From: Bacteroidales bacterium
GTDB lineage: Bacteria; Bacteroidota; Bacteroidia; Bacteroidales; UBA4181
Reading direction: 5' to 3'
Assembly (NCBI GenBank): GCA_031551645.1
Contig: JAVBNI010000069.1
Span: forward strand, 19,759-83,758
Length of the DNA stretch: 64,000 nucleotides
Of this stretch, positions 18,465 through 27,817 are shown in pieces. The notes under the pieces are model-generated. The model searched no databases. It saw only the letters and a list, made by a program, of their open reading frames with translations, and was not told where the DNA came from. Both the position numbers and the translations under genes were made by a program. Position 1 is the stretch's first letter. Every line of letters starts with the position of its first letter.

Positions 18465-20012
18465 ATGAAAGCAAATAAGTTTTTGACCAGCATATTGATC
18501 ATAAGTATGATAAGTCTGTATACATCATGTGAAGATTTTTTATATACTCCTCCATATGCGAAACAGATAGAAGATAATTTTTATACCACTGAAGAATCGT
18601 TGAAATTGGGGTTTGCAGGATGTTATCATTTTTTAAGTACAAAGAATTACGAATACAAGAAAATAGAGTTTGGCTGCATTGTTTCTGACGATGCCGAAAA
18701 AGGCGGCACCGGCGATGACGACAGGGCTGATATTGACAAAATAGCATATTTCCAATACTTGCAGTCCGATAACTCTTATGTTCAATCCATTTGGGATTTA
18801 TCGTATACCGCCATTCGTAATTGCAACCTGTTTTTGCAGTCGGCCGGTTCTGTCCCCATGGCAAATGAAAAAGAGAAAAAAAGGATGATTGCCGAGGTAC
18901 AATTCATCCGGGCAAATTTTTATTTCGAATTAGTTCGGCTTTTTGGACCTGTACCACTTTTGTTGGACAAGATAACCGTATCAGACCGGAATCAGTTGCG
19001 GACTCCGGTGGAACAAATCCAGCAGCAGATGTATAAAGACTTGGAAGCCAGCGCCGACTTACCTTTAAAATCGGAACTTGCATCAGGGGAGGTTGGGCGC
19101 ATAACGCGGGGAGCCTCACAAGCGATGCTGGCAAGGGTTGCGTTGTATTTCAAGGATTATCAAACGGCAAAAACTGCATCCGGCGCAGTAATTTCTTCCA
19201 ATGAATATTTGTTGGACCCCGACTATGGTAAGATATTCCGGAAAGAAGGAAATTTTGGAAGCGAATCTGTGTGGGAAATAGCACATTCCACAGCCAGAAA
19301 CGGATCTGGGGATAATAACGAAGGATCGGGGTTACCTTACAGGATGCGGAATATCAATTTAGGTGGTTTAGGATTATACCGTCCGTGCGATAACCTGGTG
19401 AATGAATTTGAGCCCGGCGACCCCCGCTTGCTCTACACCATCATTGTTGCCGGCGACGCTTTTGAGGAAGAAATACAGACACCCCACGCCTATGGCCCTT
19501 CCTATTACGACCGGAAGTCGTTCATCAGGAAATCACAACGTAAAACCGACAACGACAATGGCGATTTGAACATCAAGGTGATCCGTTACTCGGATGTTTT
19601 ACTGATGTACGCCGAAGCTTTATTACAGACAGGGGGGTTGGACTCGGAAGTAACATCGCTCATCAATCAGGTGAGGGATAGGGCAAGAAAAACCCCGAAA
19701 ACCGATCCGGAAAGATCGAATCAGGCAGTTACCATTGATGAGGTAGATATCCCGGATGTTACCGTTACAGGCAAAGACAATCTATTGAAAGCGATCCAGC
19801 ACGAACGCCGGATGGAATTTGCCATGGAAGGACACCGTTATTACGATCTTTTGCGTTGGGGCATTGTTGAAAGCACCTTACATGCGATGGGCGAAAGTCA
19901 GCCAAACGGAAAGGGAAAAGCCTTTGTAAGTCCCAAAAATCTGTTGATGCCGATACCGTTGCAAACCATTTTGAGCGCAGCCGAAAATTTTGGTCAGAAT
20001 ACTGGATATTGA
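18465..20012 (+). CDS. SusD/RagB-family nutrient-binding outer membrane lipoprotein
   Basis: A lipobox (LYTSC) is present. The gene lies immediately downstream of the SusC-like gene, and the sequence is TPR-like SusD. Confidence 0.9.
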   Translation: MKANKFLTSILIISMISLYTSCEDFLYTPPYAKQIEDNFYTTEESLKLGFAGCYHFLSTKNYEYKKIEFGCIVSDDAEKGGTGDDDRADIDKIAYFQYLQSDNSYVQSIWDLSYTAIRNCNLFLQSAGSVPMANEKEKKRMIAEVQFIRANFYFELVRLFGPVPLLLDKITVSDRNQLRTPVEQIQQQMYKDLEASADLPLKSELASGEVGRITRGASQAMLARVALYFKDYQTAKTASGAVISSNEYLLDPDYGKIFRKEGNFGSESVWEIAHSTARNGSGDNNEGSGLPYRMRNINLGGLGLYRPCDNLVNEFEPGDPRLLYTIIVAGDAFEEEIQTPHAYGPSYYDRKSFIRKSQRKTDNDNGDLNIKVIRYSDVLLMYAEALLQTGGLDSEVTSLINQVRDRARKTPKTDPERSNQAVTIDEVDIPDVTVTGKDNLLKAIQHERRMEFAMEGHRYYDLLRWGIVESTLHAMGESQPNGKGKAFVSPKNLLMPIPLQTILSAAENFGQNTGY

Positions 20013-20020
20013 TTTAGAGT

Positions 20021-20070
20021 ACGGTACGCAACAGATATATTATAAAAGGTTCTGTTGTGTACCGTTTTCT
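20021..20070 (+). terminator. 14-bp stem hairpin between the SusD-like gene and the next gene (possible partial terminator or processing site)
   Basis: ACGGTACGCAACAG (20021-20034) pairs with CTGTTGTGTACCGT (20052-20065) with one G-T pair. TTTTCT follows. Confidence 0.45.
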
Positions 20071-20092
20071 CACCTCAAACAAATTACCAATT

Positions 20093-22054
20093 ATGTTCAA
20101 AACCAAATTATATCTGATCGTTTGTTTTTTATGCTTAGTCCGGCCATCCCAGGCACAGTTTATTTTTGAAGACAACAAATCCTCCGGAACAACTTTACCT
20201 TACACCAGTTCCGATTTTCATACAGATCCCGGCGACTTTCAGTTTGTTATTGTTAGTGACAATACCGGAGGCGCCCGGCCAGGTATTTTTGCAAAGGCAA
20301 TGGAAAAAATCAACTTGTTGCAACCCGATTTTGTAATTAATGTAGGCGATCTGATTGAAGGGGGAGAGACTGATCCTCTAAAAATCAGCAGACAATGGGA
20401 TGCCATCGACCAATCGATTTCAAAACTGAAAATGCCATTTTTCTTCATTCCTGGTAACCACGATGTTTCGTACCTGGATGACAGCCTGGAAAAAGAATGG
20501 CTCAGGCGGCGCGGACGCTTGTATTATCATTTCACATACAACGATGCTCTTTTCATCATGCTCAATTCTTCGGACGTGAGGGGTGAAAGCATTGGTAAAG
20601 AACAGTACGATTATGCCAAAACCGTTCTCGAAAAAAATCCGGCGCCGCGCTGGACTTTTGTCTTTTTACATCATCCTTTGTGGCTCAATGAATTTCAGGA
20701 TGATGGATTCCGAAATGTCGAAAAATTATTGTCTGGAAGGAAATATACCGTTTTTTGCGGTCATTACCATTTGTATGAAAACCAGTACCGGAACGGAGCG
20801 GAATACTATAACCTTTCCTTAACGGGAGGAACCAGTCTGGTCAGAGGACCCAAGTTTGGCGAGTTCGACCATGTGGCGCTGGTTAACTTCAAACAAGGTA
20901 ACCCATATATCACCAACCTGGCATTGGATGGAATCCTGCCGCCGGATATCGTAACACCCGATACTGTAAAGCTTAAAGAAGCCCTTTTCGAGGCATGCGA
21001 TTTCAAAACATTGGTGATGTACGATTCCGCTTTTGTCCGGTTGGTGGCGACGTCAAAAGAGGCCTTGTTAAAAAAAGCATCCATAGAATTAACCATCCGG
21101 AATACCACGGACAGGAACATGAATTATAATTTCACCTTGGTACACCATCCTCAACTGAATGCTTCGTGGAGCAAAAAAAAGGGAGTTGTAGCTCCCCGAT
21201 CCTTAGCGACTATCCGGCTATGCCTCGTTATGAACCGGCCTCTATCCGTTGACAGTTTGCAAGCCGTAGAATTAAGCTATGTGGTTGGCTATCCGGATAT
21301 CATCGGCGAAAAGCCGTTTGCAATTAACAACTCTCTGCAATTTGTCCTGAACAGGTATCTTTATCCCCGGCGACCGGCTATAGAATTTGAGAGTCCGGAT
21401 GTTTTTATCACTGAAAAAAAAGTGACATGTAACCCGATCGTCTACAAGGATAAACAGCTATTGTATCAACAACCCGGCAAACAGTTCGTGCTGTACAAAA
21501 CCCCGTTTACCATCAATCAAACCGAAAAAATCAAGTTTATCTTAAATGCGGACGGAATGAGTAGCGGTATTTATGAAAAACTGTTTGAAAAGCTACCAAT
21601 GCTTCCTGCCGTTAAACCGGGAAAAAAGCAATCCAAAGGTCTTGCCCATTATATGTACAAAGGACAGTTTTTAAAAATTCCTGATTATACCACTATTCAT
21701 CCATTTTTACAAAAACCTGTATCGAAATTTACGTTTTATCCCGACGAATGGTCGTATGCCGCATTGTATAAAGGATATGTCAGCATACCAGACGATGGTT
21801 TATATTCTTTTTACCTGACATCATCGGATGGCAGCCGCTTGTTGGTCGATCTCAAAACAGTTGTAGATAATGACGGATTTCATGTGCCATTGACAAAACA
21901 GGGCGAGATCGCTTTACGCAAAGGATTACACAGGATAGAAATTCAATTTTATTCGGGATGGGTTGGCAACAATTTTCTTTCTATAGAAATTGAAAGCAAA
22001 AAGCTAAAACGGCAAAAAATTCCATTTGAGTGGTTCTCGCACGATAAATTTTAA
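20093..22054 (+). CDS. metallophosphoesterase with C-terminal PA14 domain
   Basis: ATG 20093 gives the signal peptide MFKTKLYLIVCFLCLVRPSQA. The motifs GDLIEG, PGNHD and GHYH are present. The PA14-like C-terminus reads GLYSFYLTSSDGSRLLVD...VDNDG. Confidence 0.75.
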   Translation: MFKTKLYLIVCFLCLVRPSQAQFIFEDNKSSGTTLPYTSSDFHTDPGDFQFVIVSDNTGGARPGIFAKAMEKINLLQPDFVINVGDLIEGGETDPLKISRQWDAIDQSISKLKMPFFFIPGNHDVSYLDDSLEKEWLRRRGRLYYHFTYNDALFIMLNSSDVRGESIGKEQYDYAKTVLEKNPAPRWTFVFLHHPLWLNEFQDDGFRNVEKLLSGRKYTVFCGHYHLYENQYRNGAEYYNLSLTGGTSLVRGPKFGEFDHVALVNFKQGNPYITNLALDGILPPDIVTPDTVKLKEALFEACDFKTLVMYDSAFVRLVATSKEALLKKASIELTIRNTTDRNMNYNFTLVHHPQLNASWSKKKGVVAPRSLATIRLCLVMNRPLSVDSLQAVELSYVVGYPDIIGEKPFAINNSLQFVLNRYLYPRRPAIEFESPDVFITEKKVTCNPIVYKDKQLLYQQPGKQFVLYKTPFTINQTEKIKFILNADGMSSGIYEKLFEKLPMLPAVKPGKKQSKGLAHYMYKGQFLKIPDYTTIHPFLQKPVSKFTFYPDEWSYAALYKGYVSIPDDGLYSFYLTSSDGSRLLVDLKTVVDNDGFHVPLTKQGEIALRKGLHRIEIQFYSGWVGNNFLSIEIESKKLKRQKIPFEWFSHDKF

Positions 22055-22068
22055 GTTTAATTAGTTTG

Positions 22069-22137
22069 TTTTGACAAGATTAATATGATTTGTGGGATTA
22101 ATTTTCCATCTTGTAATTCATATTAATCTTGTCAAAA
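22069..22137 (+). terminator. perfect 20-bp stem hairpin with 29-nt loop
   Basis: TTTTGACAAGATTAATATGA (22069-22088) pairs with TCATATTAATCTTGTCAAAA (22118-22137). It is related to the hairpin at 27731-27783. Confidence 0.5.
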
Positions 22138-22292
22138 ATAAAATTCAATTTTGTTTCCCTTGTAGATTTTTCATACAATCAAATTTACGGATAACTTTAT
22201 TAGATTTGTACAATCATTTTATTTCCAAATATCAACCTGTGTTAACCAGTTTGACGAAAAGGAACAAGTTAAATTCGTAATCATTTATCGCC

Positions 22293-24164
22293 ATGAAACA
22301 TCAGATATCAGTTGCCATTTTTATCGCTGTATTGTTTGTTTCCTGCAAACAACAACCAAACCGGACAGTTGTAGTTGAACCTATCCCATTTTCGGAAGTG
22401 CATATCTCGGATAAATTTTGGAGTCCATGGCTTGAAAAGCATGCTACAGTTGCCCTGCCTGTGTGTATCGACCAGATTGAGAATCAAACAGCCCGCATCC
22501 GTAACTTTGAAAATGCTGCATTGAGGAGTGGCCCGCACCAAGGTATCTTTTTTGACGATTCGGATGTATACAAGGCGATGGAAGGAATGGCTTATTCGTT
22601 GGTAAACAACCCCAATCCTGTAATAGAAGCGAAACTCGATGAGTGGATCGATAAAATTGCGGCCGCTCAAAAGCCCGATGGCTACATCAATACCTATTTC
22701 ACGCTTACGGGACTCGACAAGCGGTGGACAAACATGGACAAACACGAAATGTATTGCGGCGGGCACATGATCGAGGCCGCTATTGCTTATTTCAGGGTGA
22801 CAGGAAAACGTAAGTTTCTTGATGTGGCTATCCGGTTTGCCGACCACCTCAACAATACTTTTGGACTTGGCAAAGACAAACATTGGATTCCGGGGCACCA
22901 GGAAATAGAACTGGCTTTGGTAAAGCTTTACCACCTCACCGGGGAAGAAAAGTACCTGACTCTGGCTAACTGGTTGTTGGAAGAACGGGGGCATGGATAT
23001 GGGACAAGTGTCAAATACAGCTATGCCGGTGATGATGTCTGGTGGGCTGGTAATCCCCAGTATTGCCAGGATGATGTTCCGGTACGCGAACAGTCTGTCA
23101 TTGCAGGACATGCCGTTCGGGCCATGTACATGTACTGTGGGATGGCTGATGTGGCTGCCGTAACACATGACCAGGGATACATCGATGCGTTGAATCGCCT
23201 GTGGGAGAGTGTGGTGATGCGAAACATGTATATCACGGGAGGAATAGGTTCTTCGCGGCACAACGAGGGTTTCACTGAGGATTATGACCTTCCTAACGAA
23301 GAAGCGTATTGTGAAACATGTGCTTCTGTAGGTATGGTTTTCTGGAATCACCGAATGAACCAAATGAGTGGCCATGCCAAATATATCAATGTATTGGAAC
23401 GTTCACTTTACAATGGAGCCATGGCTGGCATATCCCTTTCGGGCGACCGTTTTTTCTATGTCAACCCCTTGGAATCGAAAGGTGATCATCACCGGAAGGC
23501 ATGGTATGGATGTGCCTGTTGTCCCAGCCAGATTTCCCGTTTTCTCCCTTCTATCGGAAGTTATATTTATGGAAAATCAAATGACGCACTTTGGGTCAAT
23601 CTCTTCGTCTCATCAGAGACGACTGCCGATATTAAAGGCATACCCGTGACGATCAGCCAGCAAACAGAATATCCGTGGGACGGGAAAGTAAACATAACGG
23701 TCGATCCTGTAAAGGCAAAGAATTTTGACATAAAAATACGCAAGCCTGACTGGTCGGAAACATTTACGGTTCACGTGAACGACAATCCTCTGGATGTAGC
23801 GCCGGACGAAGATGGTTATCTGACTTTCAGCCGGAAATGGAATAAAGGCAACCACATTGTGGTTTCGTGGGATATGAACCCGCAGATGGTTGCTGCTGAT
23901 CCCCGCGTAAAGGCCAATACAGGAAAACGCGCGATACAACGCGGACCACTGGTTTATTGTATCGAAGAAACCGATAATCCGGATATGGAAAAACCCCGGC
24001 TTACACCAAATACACAATTGACGATCACTTCCGCACCGGCTTCATTAGGCGGCATAACCGGCATCTGTGCGCAGGATGGCGACTCAAAACTGGTGTACAT
24101 TCCATATTACGCATGGGACAACCGTGATGCAGGACGTATGAAAGTGTGGGTGGATTATCAGTAG
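22293..24164 (+). CDS. GH127 family beta-L-arabinofuranosidase-like (DUF1680)
   Basis: A lipobox (LFVSC) is present. The motifs EAYCETCASVGMV and YGCACCPSQISRF match the Cys-rich catalytic / zinc motifs of GH127. Confidence 0.85.
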   Translation: MKHQISVAIFIAVLFVSCKQQPNRTVVVEPIPFSEVHISDKFWSPWLEKHATVALPVCIDQIENQTARIRNFENAALRSGPHQGIFFDDSDVYKAMEGMAYSLVNNPNPVIEAKLDEWIDKIAAAQKPDGYINTYFTLTGLDKRWTNMDKHEMYCGGHMIEAAIAYFRVTGKRKFLDVAIRFADHLNNTFGLGKDKHWIPGHQEIELALVKLYHLTGEEKYLTLANWLLEERGHGYGTSVKYSYAGDDVWWAGNPQYCQDDVPVREQSVIAGHAVRAMYMYCGMADVAAVTHDQGYIDALNRLWESVVMRNMYITGGIGSSRHNEGFTEDYDLPNEEAYCETCASVGMVFWNHRMNQMSGHAKYINVLERSLYNGAMAGISLSGDRFFYVNPLESKGDHHRKAWYGCACCPSQISRFLPSIGSYIYGKSNDALWVNLFVSSETTADIKGIPVTISQQTEYPWDGKVNITVDPVKAKNFDIKIRKPDWSETFTVHVNDNPLDVAPDEDGYLTFSRKWNKGNHIVVSWDMNPQMVAADPRVKANTGKRAIQRGPLVYCIEETDNPDMEKPRLTPNTQLTITSAPASLGGITGICAQDGDSKLVYIPYYAWDNRDAGRMKVWVDYQ

Positions 24165-24232
24165 AGCCTTGCGGCGGATGAAACTCTATTGGTGTTGAAC
24201 CGTACGATGACCGGTTCGCGATCCGCATGCGA

Positions 24233-26080
24233 TCATTTTCCTTGTCCCCGTGTTTTGAAATCTTCCGAAAATATTTGCAGGTATGCTTTACCCTTCTCTG
24301 TTAATGCTTCAACCTGGGGACCTTCCTGGTAAATGGTTTTACCGCTTATGTTGTCGAAAACGATTTGGGTATCATCTGCTATAAATCCGAATCCGTCGTT
24401 GAAATCATAGAAAGCGAACGGGTAGATGGGTGTTCCGAGAATATTCTTACTGAAACGGTAGCTGTTGTTTTCCAAACCCATCTGATGGAGGATGGTCAGT
24501 GGAATATCAGTTTGGCTGGCGATGGTGGTTATTGTTGTATCGGTTTTGGTAACGGCGCCTCCCAACCAGAGCATCGGGATATTGAATTTGGTCGGCATGT
24601 AAGAAATCACATCTCCCGGATGGCGCGAACCATGGTCGGATGTTACAACAATCAGCGTACTGTCCCACCAGTTCGATTTCTTGGCTCCTTCAATGAAATC
24701 GCCTAAAGCCTTATCCGAATAGAATGCTGCATTCAAAAAAAGACTTTCCTCGTTGGTCCCTTTGATAGCTGTCGGCATTGGGATCTCGAACGGTTCATGG
24801 CTGCTGATCGCCATGAATGCCTTGAAAAATGGAGATTTTGAGAGGTTACACTCTTCCAGCAGCTTTTCGAAAACCCAATGATCTGGTACTCCCCATTTGG
24901 TGCCATGATAGGTTTCTGCAGGGAAATCGTCACGGGTAATCATCTTGTCGTAACTTGCGCTACCAAAATAAGATGCAAAATTGGAGTAACGTATGTCGCC
25001 ACCATGGACAAATTCGGTATGATAACCTGCCTGTTTCAGGGCTTTACTTAGGGAAGGAAGTTGGCGCGTCTTCTCGGCAAAATTAATTACTTTAACTACC
25101 GGGTGTGCCGGATAACCGCTCAATACGCCGAGTATCCCCTTGTCTGTCCGGTCGCTGTTGGAATACAGGTTGGAGAAAACAATCCCTTCTTTGCACAACC
25201 GGTTCAGGTTTGGCGTGATCCCCGGAAGTCCGCCCAAAGGTTCAATAATGCGGTTGGAGAAACTTTCCATGATGATGATGACCACGTTGGGGCGTTTATT
25301 TTTCAAAAGGACTTGGGTGTGGTTGGATGAAGGATAACATTGGGCGAACAGTTCCTCAGCACGACTGTCATCCATAAAATGATAATCGGCAACCTTATCC
25401 ATTTCTAATAATGATTTTCCGGCATTCCACACCACATTAATAGCTGCATGATTGGCAAAAACATTGTTGGGATGAAAGTATACAAACCCTACATTCATGG
25501 GGGCCACTCCCAAGCTTCCACGGATGGGAAGGATCATCAGTGCCCCGATAAAAAGGAAAACGGGAATACCTACCCATCCTGAACTTTCCGAACGAAAAAG
25601 TTTCGGACGTATCAGTTTCTTGTAAAGCCTCCAGAACGACCATACCAGGAGGACAAAAACCACCAGTTGAATGACCAATGCCCACATGTTTGCAGAGCCA
25701 AGCGCTTCCTTCGGTGTTTTAAGATAACTTAGCGGGGTACTATCCAACCGGAATCCCCAGTGCCGGTATAATTCCATGTCCGCAGCAACAATGATACCTG
25801 CTATGATCAATACAACCGCCGTATATACCGATATCACTTTAGTGGTGAACTCTCCGCGCGAAAATGTTGTAAGAGTGAATAATAATGCCGCAATCAATGA
25901 GATATAACCACTCATGGAGATATCCATGCGGACCCCCCACCAGAATATAGAAAACCACTCACCTATCGTCAAGGAAAATGATAAGGCATGGTTATATACC
26001 AAAAAAATAAGACGTGCTGCCAGGAAAAATACGATCCAATACAGAAAATAGTACAGAAAAGAAAGAAGACGCTGCTTCAT
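24233..26080 (-). CDS. LTA synthase / sulfatase-like phosphotransferase family membrane protein
   Basis: Five N-terminal TM helices are followed by an alkaline-phosphatase-superfamily domain (IIMESF..., SDHG). Confidence 0.75.
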   Translation of the reverse strand: MKQRLLSFLYYFLYWIVFFLAARLIFLVYNHALSFSLTIGEWFSIFWWGVRMDISMSGYISLIAALLFTLTTFSRGEFTTKVISVYTAVVLIIAGIIVAADMELYRHWGFRLDSTPLSYLKTPKEALGSANMWALVIQLVVFVLLVWSFWRLYKKLIRPKLFRSESSGWVGIPVFLFIGALMILPIRGSLGVAPMNVGFVYFHPNNVFANHAAINVVWNAGKSLLEMDKVADYHFMDDSRAEELFAQCYPSSNHTQVLLKNKRPNVVIIIMESFSNRIIEPLGGLPGITPNLNRLCKEGIVFSNLYSNSDRTDKGILGVLSGYPAHPVVKVINFAEKTRQLPSLSKALKQAGYHTEFVHGGDIRYSNFASYFGSASYDKMITRDDFPAETYHGTKWGVPDHWVFEKLLEECNLSKSPFFKAFMAISSHEPFEIPMPTAIKGTNEESLFLNAAFYSDKALGDFIEGAKKSNWWDSTLIVVTSDHGSRHPGDVISYMPTKFNIPMLWLGGAVTKTDTTITTIASQTDIPLTILHQMGLENNSYRFSKNILGTPIYPFAFYDFNDGFGFIADDTQIVFDNISGKTIYQEGPQVEALTEKGKAYLQIFSEDFKTRGQGK

Positions 26081-26245
26081 TTTCGACTTTGCGGTATTGA
26101 CTTGTTTTTATAACAAATCTATCTTTTTCAGAAAGAATCGTATGGCAAAATAAGCTGCAATAATAAGCGCCGGCCAGGCAAGCAGCCAAAGAATCGATGA
26201 TAAATACATAATAAAATATTATTAAAATTATATGATTGTCCGATA

Positions 26246-26448
26246 ATGCCTAAAGATGTCTCCATTCCGCATGCTACGCAAGCTTCAGTCGACATGACGG
26301 CGCATTCAAATATAAGGAGGGGGAAAGGAAGGTTGTTGTGAGGCGAAGCCTCTCAACAACCTTCCTTTCCCATTATACTCACGTGCAACACGTCATGTCG
26401 ACCAAGTAAACGAGGTACGAGTTTACGCGCGGAGACATCTTTAGGCAT
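26246..26448. repeat. 203-bp imperfect nested palindrome
   Basis: Three segments pair about the centre at 26347: ATGCCTAAAGATGTCTCC, GTCGACATGACG, and GGAAAGGAAGGTTGTTGTGAGGC (the last with one mismatch). Confidence 0.8.
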
Positions 26449-26477
26449 CAAAACCGATTTCATTTTAAATATTCTGT

Positions 26478-27605
26478 TTAATAATTACTCCGGTTGAAGT
26501 ATTCATCCAACAAGGCACGTGCAGCTGCGAATGACGTTATTTTGTCATTTAAAACTCTGGCTTCGTATTCTGGAAGGATGGCACTGATGACGGGATGATG
26601 ATAAAAATGATCGATCAGGCTATTTCGGATGGTCTCGTTCATCCAGTATTTTGCCTGGTTGTGCCGTCGATCGTCGAAATATCCGTTGTCCCGGGTCAAC
26701 TGTTCGTATTGGAGAATGACATCCCATATCTCATCTATTCCCATTTTGTTGATTGCCGAACAGGTGGTTACCTGTGGTTCCCACCCTGATACCGTTTTTG
26801 GGAAAAGCCTCAATGCACTTTTATATTGTGCCTGTGCTAATTGTGCTTTTTCAATATTACTGCCATCCGCTTTGTTGACGGTGATCAGGTCGGCCATTTC
26901 CATGATGCCGCGCTTGATACCCTGTAATTCATCGCCTGCCCCGGCAATCTGTATCAGGAGGAAAAAATCGGTCATAGAATGTACGGCTGTTTCGGACTGC
27001 CCGACACCTACAGTTTCGATGAAAATGGTATCGAACCCGGCCGCTTCACACAAAAATATGGCTTCCCGTGTTTTACGGGCAACGCCACCCAGCGACCCCG
27101 ATGACGGAGAAGGCCGTATAAAGGCATTCGGATCGGCCGAAAGTTCTTCCATACGGGTTTTATCACCCAATATACTGCCTTTGGAACGTTCACTTGACGG
27201 ATCGATGGCTAATACAGCCAGTTTTCGTCCGATGGAAGTAAGATAACTGCCCATTGCTTCGATAAACGTACTTTTACCTGCACCGGGAACCCCGGTGATC
27301 CCAATACGCAATGACTTACCCGAATGCGGCAAACAACGTTCGATAATATCCTGCGCCAGCCGGACATGTTCCGGGAGTGAACTTTCTACCAATGTGATGG
27401 CCCGGCTCAAAATGGTACGGTCACCTTGCAGGATACCATTGATGTAATCGTCGGGCGACAATGCTTTGCGTGAACGGTTCAGGAATCGCTTCAACGAAGC
27501 CTCATCCACAACAGGAGGCTGTTCAACCCCCGGGTTGACAATCAGGGCACTGTCATGCCCTTCATGGAGCTCATCATATAATTCGTGTTCATCTCGTTCC
27601 ATCAT
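26478..27605 (-). CDS. meaB: methylmalonyl-CoA mutase-associated G3E GTPase MeaB/ArgK
   Basis: The P-loop GITGVPGAGKSTFIE, and the segments LAIDPSS and VNKADG, are present. Confidence 0.85.
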   Translation of the reverse strand: MMERDEHELYDELHEGHDSALIVNPGVEQPPVVDEASLKRFLNRSRKALSPDDYINGILQGDRTILSRAITLVESSLPEHVRLAQDIIERCLPHSGKSLRIGITGVPGAGKSTFIEAMGSYLTSIGRKLAVLAIDPSSERSKGSILGDKTRMEELSADPNAFIRPSPSSGSLGGVARKTREAIFLCEAAGFDTIFIETVGVGQSETAVHSMTDFFLLIQIAGAGDELQGIKRGIMEMADLITVNKADGSNIEKAQLAQAQYKSALRLFPKTVSGWEPQVTTCSAINKMGIDEIWDVILQYEQLTRDNGYFDDRRHNQAKYWMNETIRNSLIDHFYHHPVISAILPEYEARVLNDKITSFAAARALLDEYFNRSNY

Positions 27606-27730
27606 ACCACAAAAGTAATCATTTTAATTTTCATTTCAGAACAATCTGTTTCCGAAAACCATGGTCAGGAGATAACATGTTATTTGTCTTTGTTGTTCAG
27701 TTAGTAATGAAGACAAAATAATTTACTCAT

Positions 27731-27783
27731 TTGACAGGATTAACATGATTTACAAGATTATTTACATCATGTAAATCCTGTCT
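27731..27783 (-). terminator. hairpin downstream of GH92 (GACAGGATT.ACATGAT arms)
   Basis: An inverted repeat lies 35 nt past the stop at 27818 on the minus strand. It is a sequence relative of the 22069 hairpin. Confidence 0.4.
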
Positions 27784-27817
27784 GAAAAGGATGGGGATGT
27801 TATTTTGTCATTGTCAG

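Noticed and set aside
22092-22280. A 62-aa ORF between the PA14-phosphoesterase and GH127 genes.
   Set aside because: It starts inside the loop of the 20-bp hairpin and runs through AT-rich promoter-like DNA. There is no coding signal.
22308-23375. A 355-aa ORF on the minus strand, antisense to the GH127 gene.
   Set aside because: It lies entirely within a well-supported plus-strand CDS. Its sequence is low-complexity and non-protein-like, with no recognisable motifs. It is a typical antisense shadow ORF.
26629-27246. A 205-aa ORF antisense to meaB. Similar antisense ORFs occur at 54091-54606, 33733-34251, 2950-3528, 31715-32209 and 1959-2381.
   Set aside because: All are embedded in opposite-strand genes that have clear family motifs. 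None has motifs of its own.
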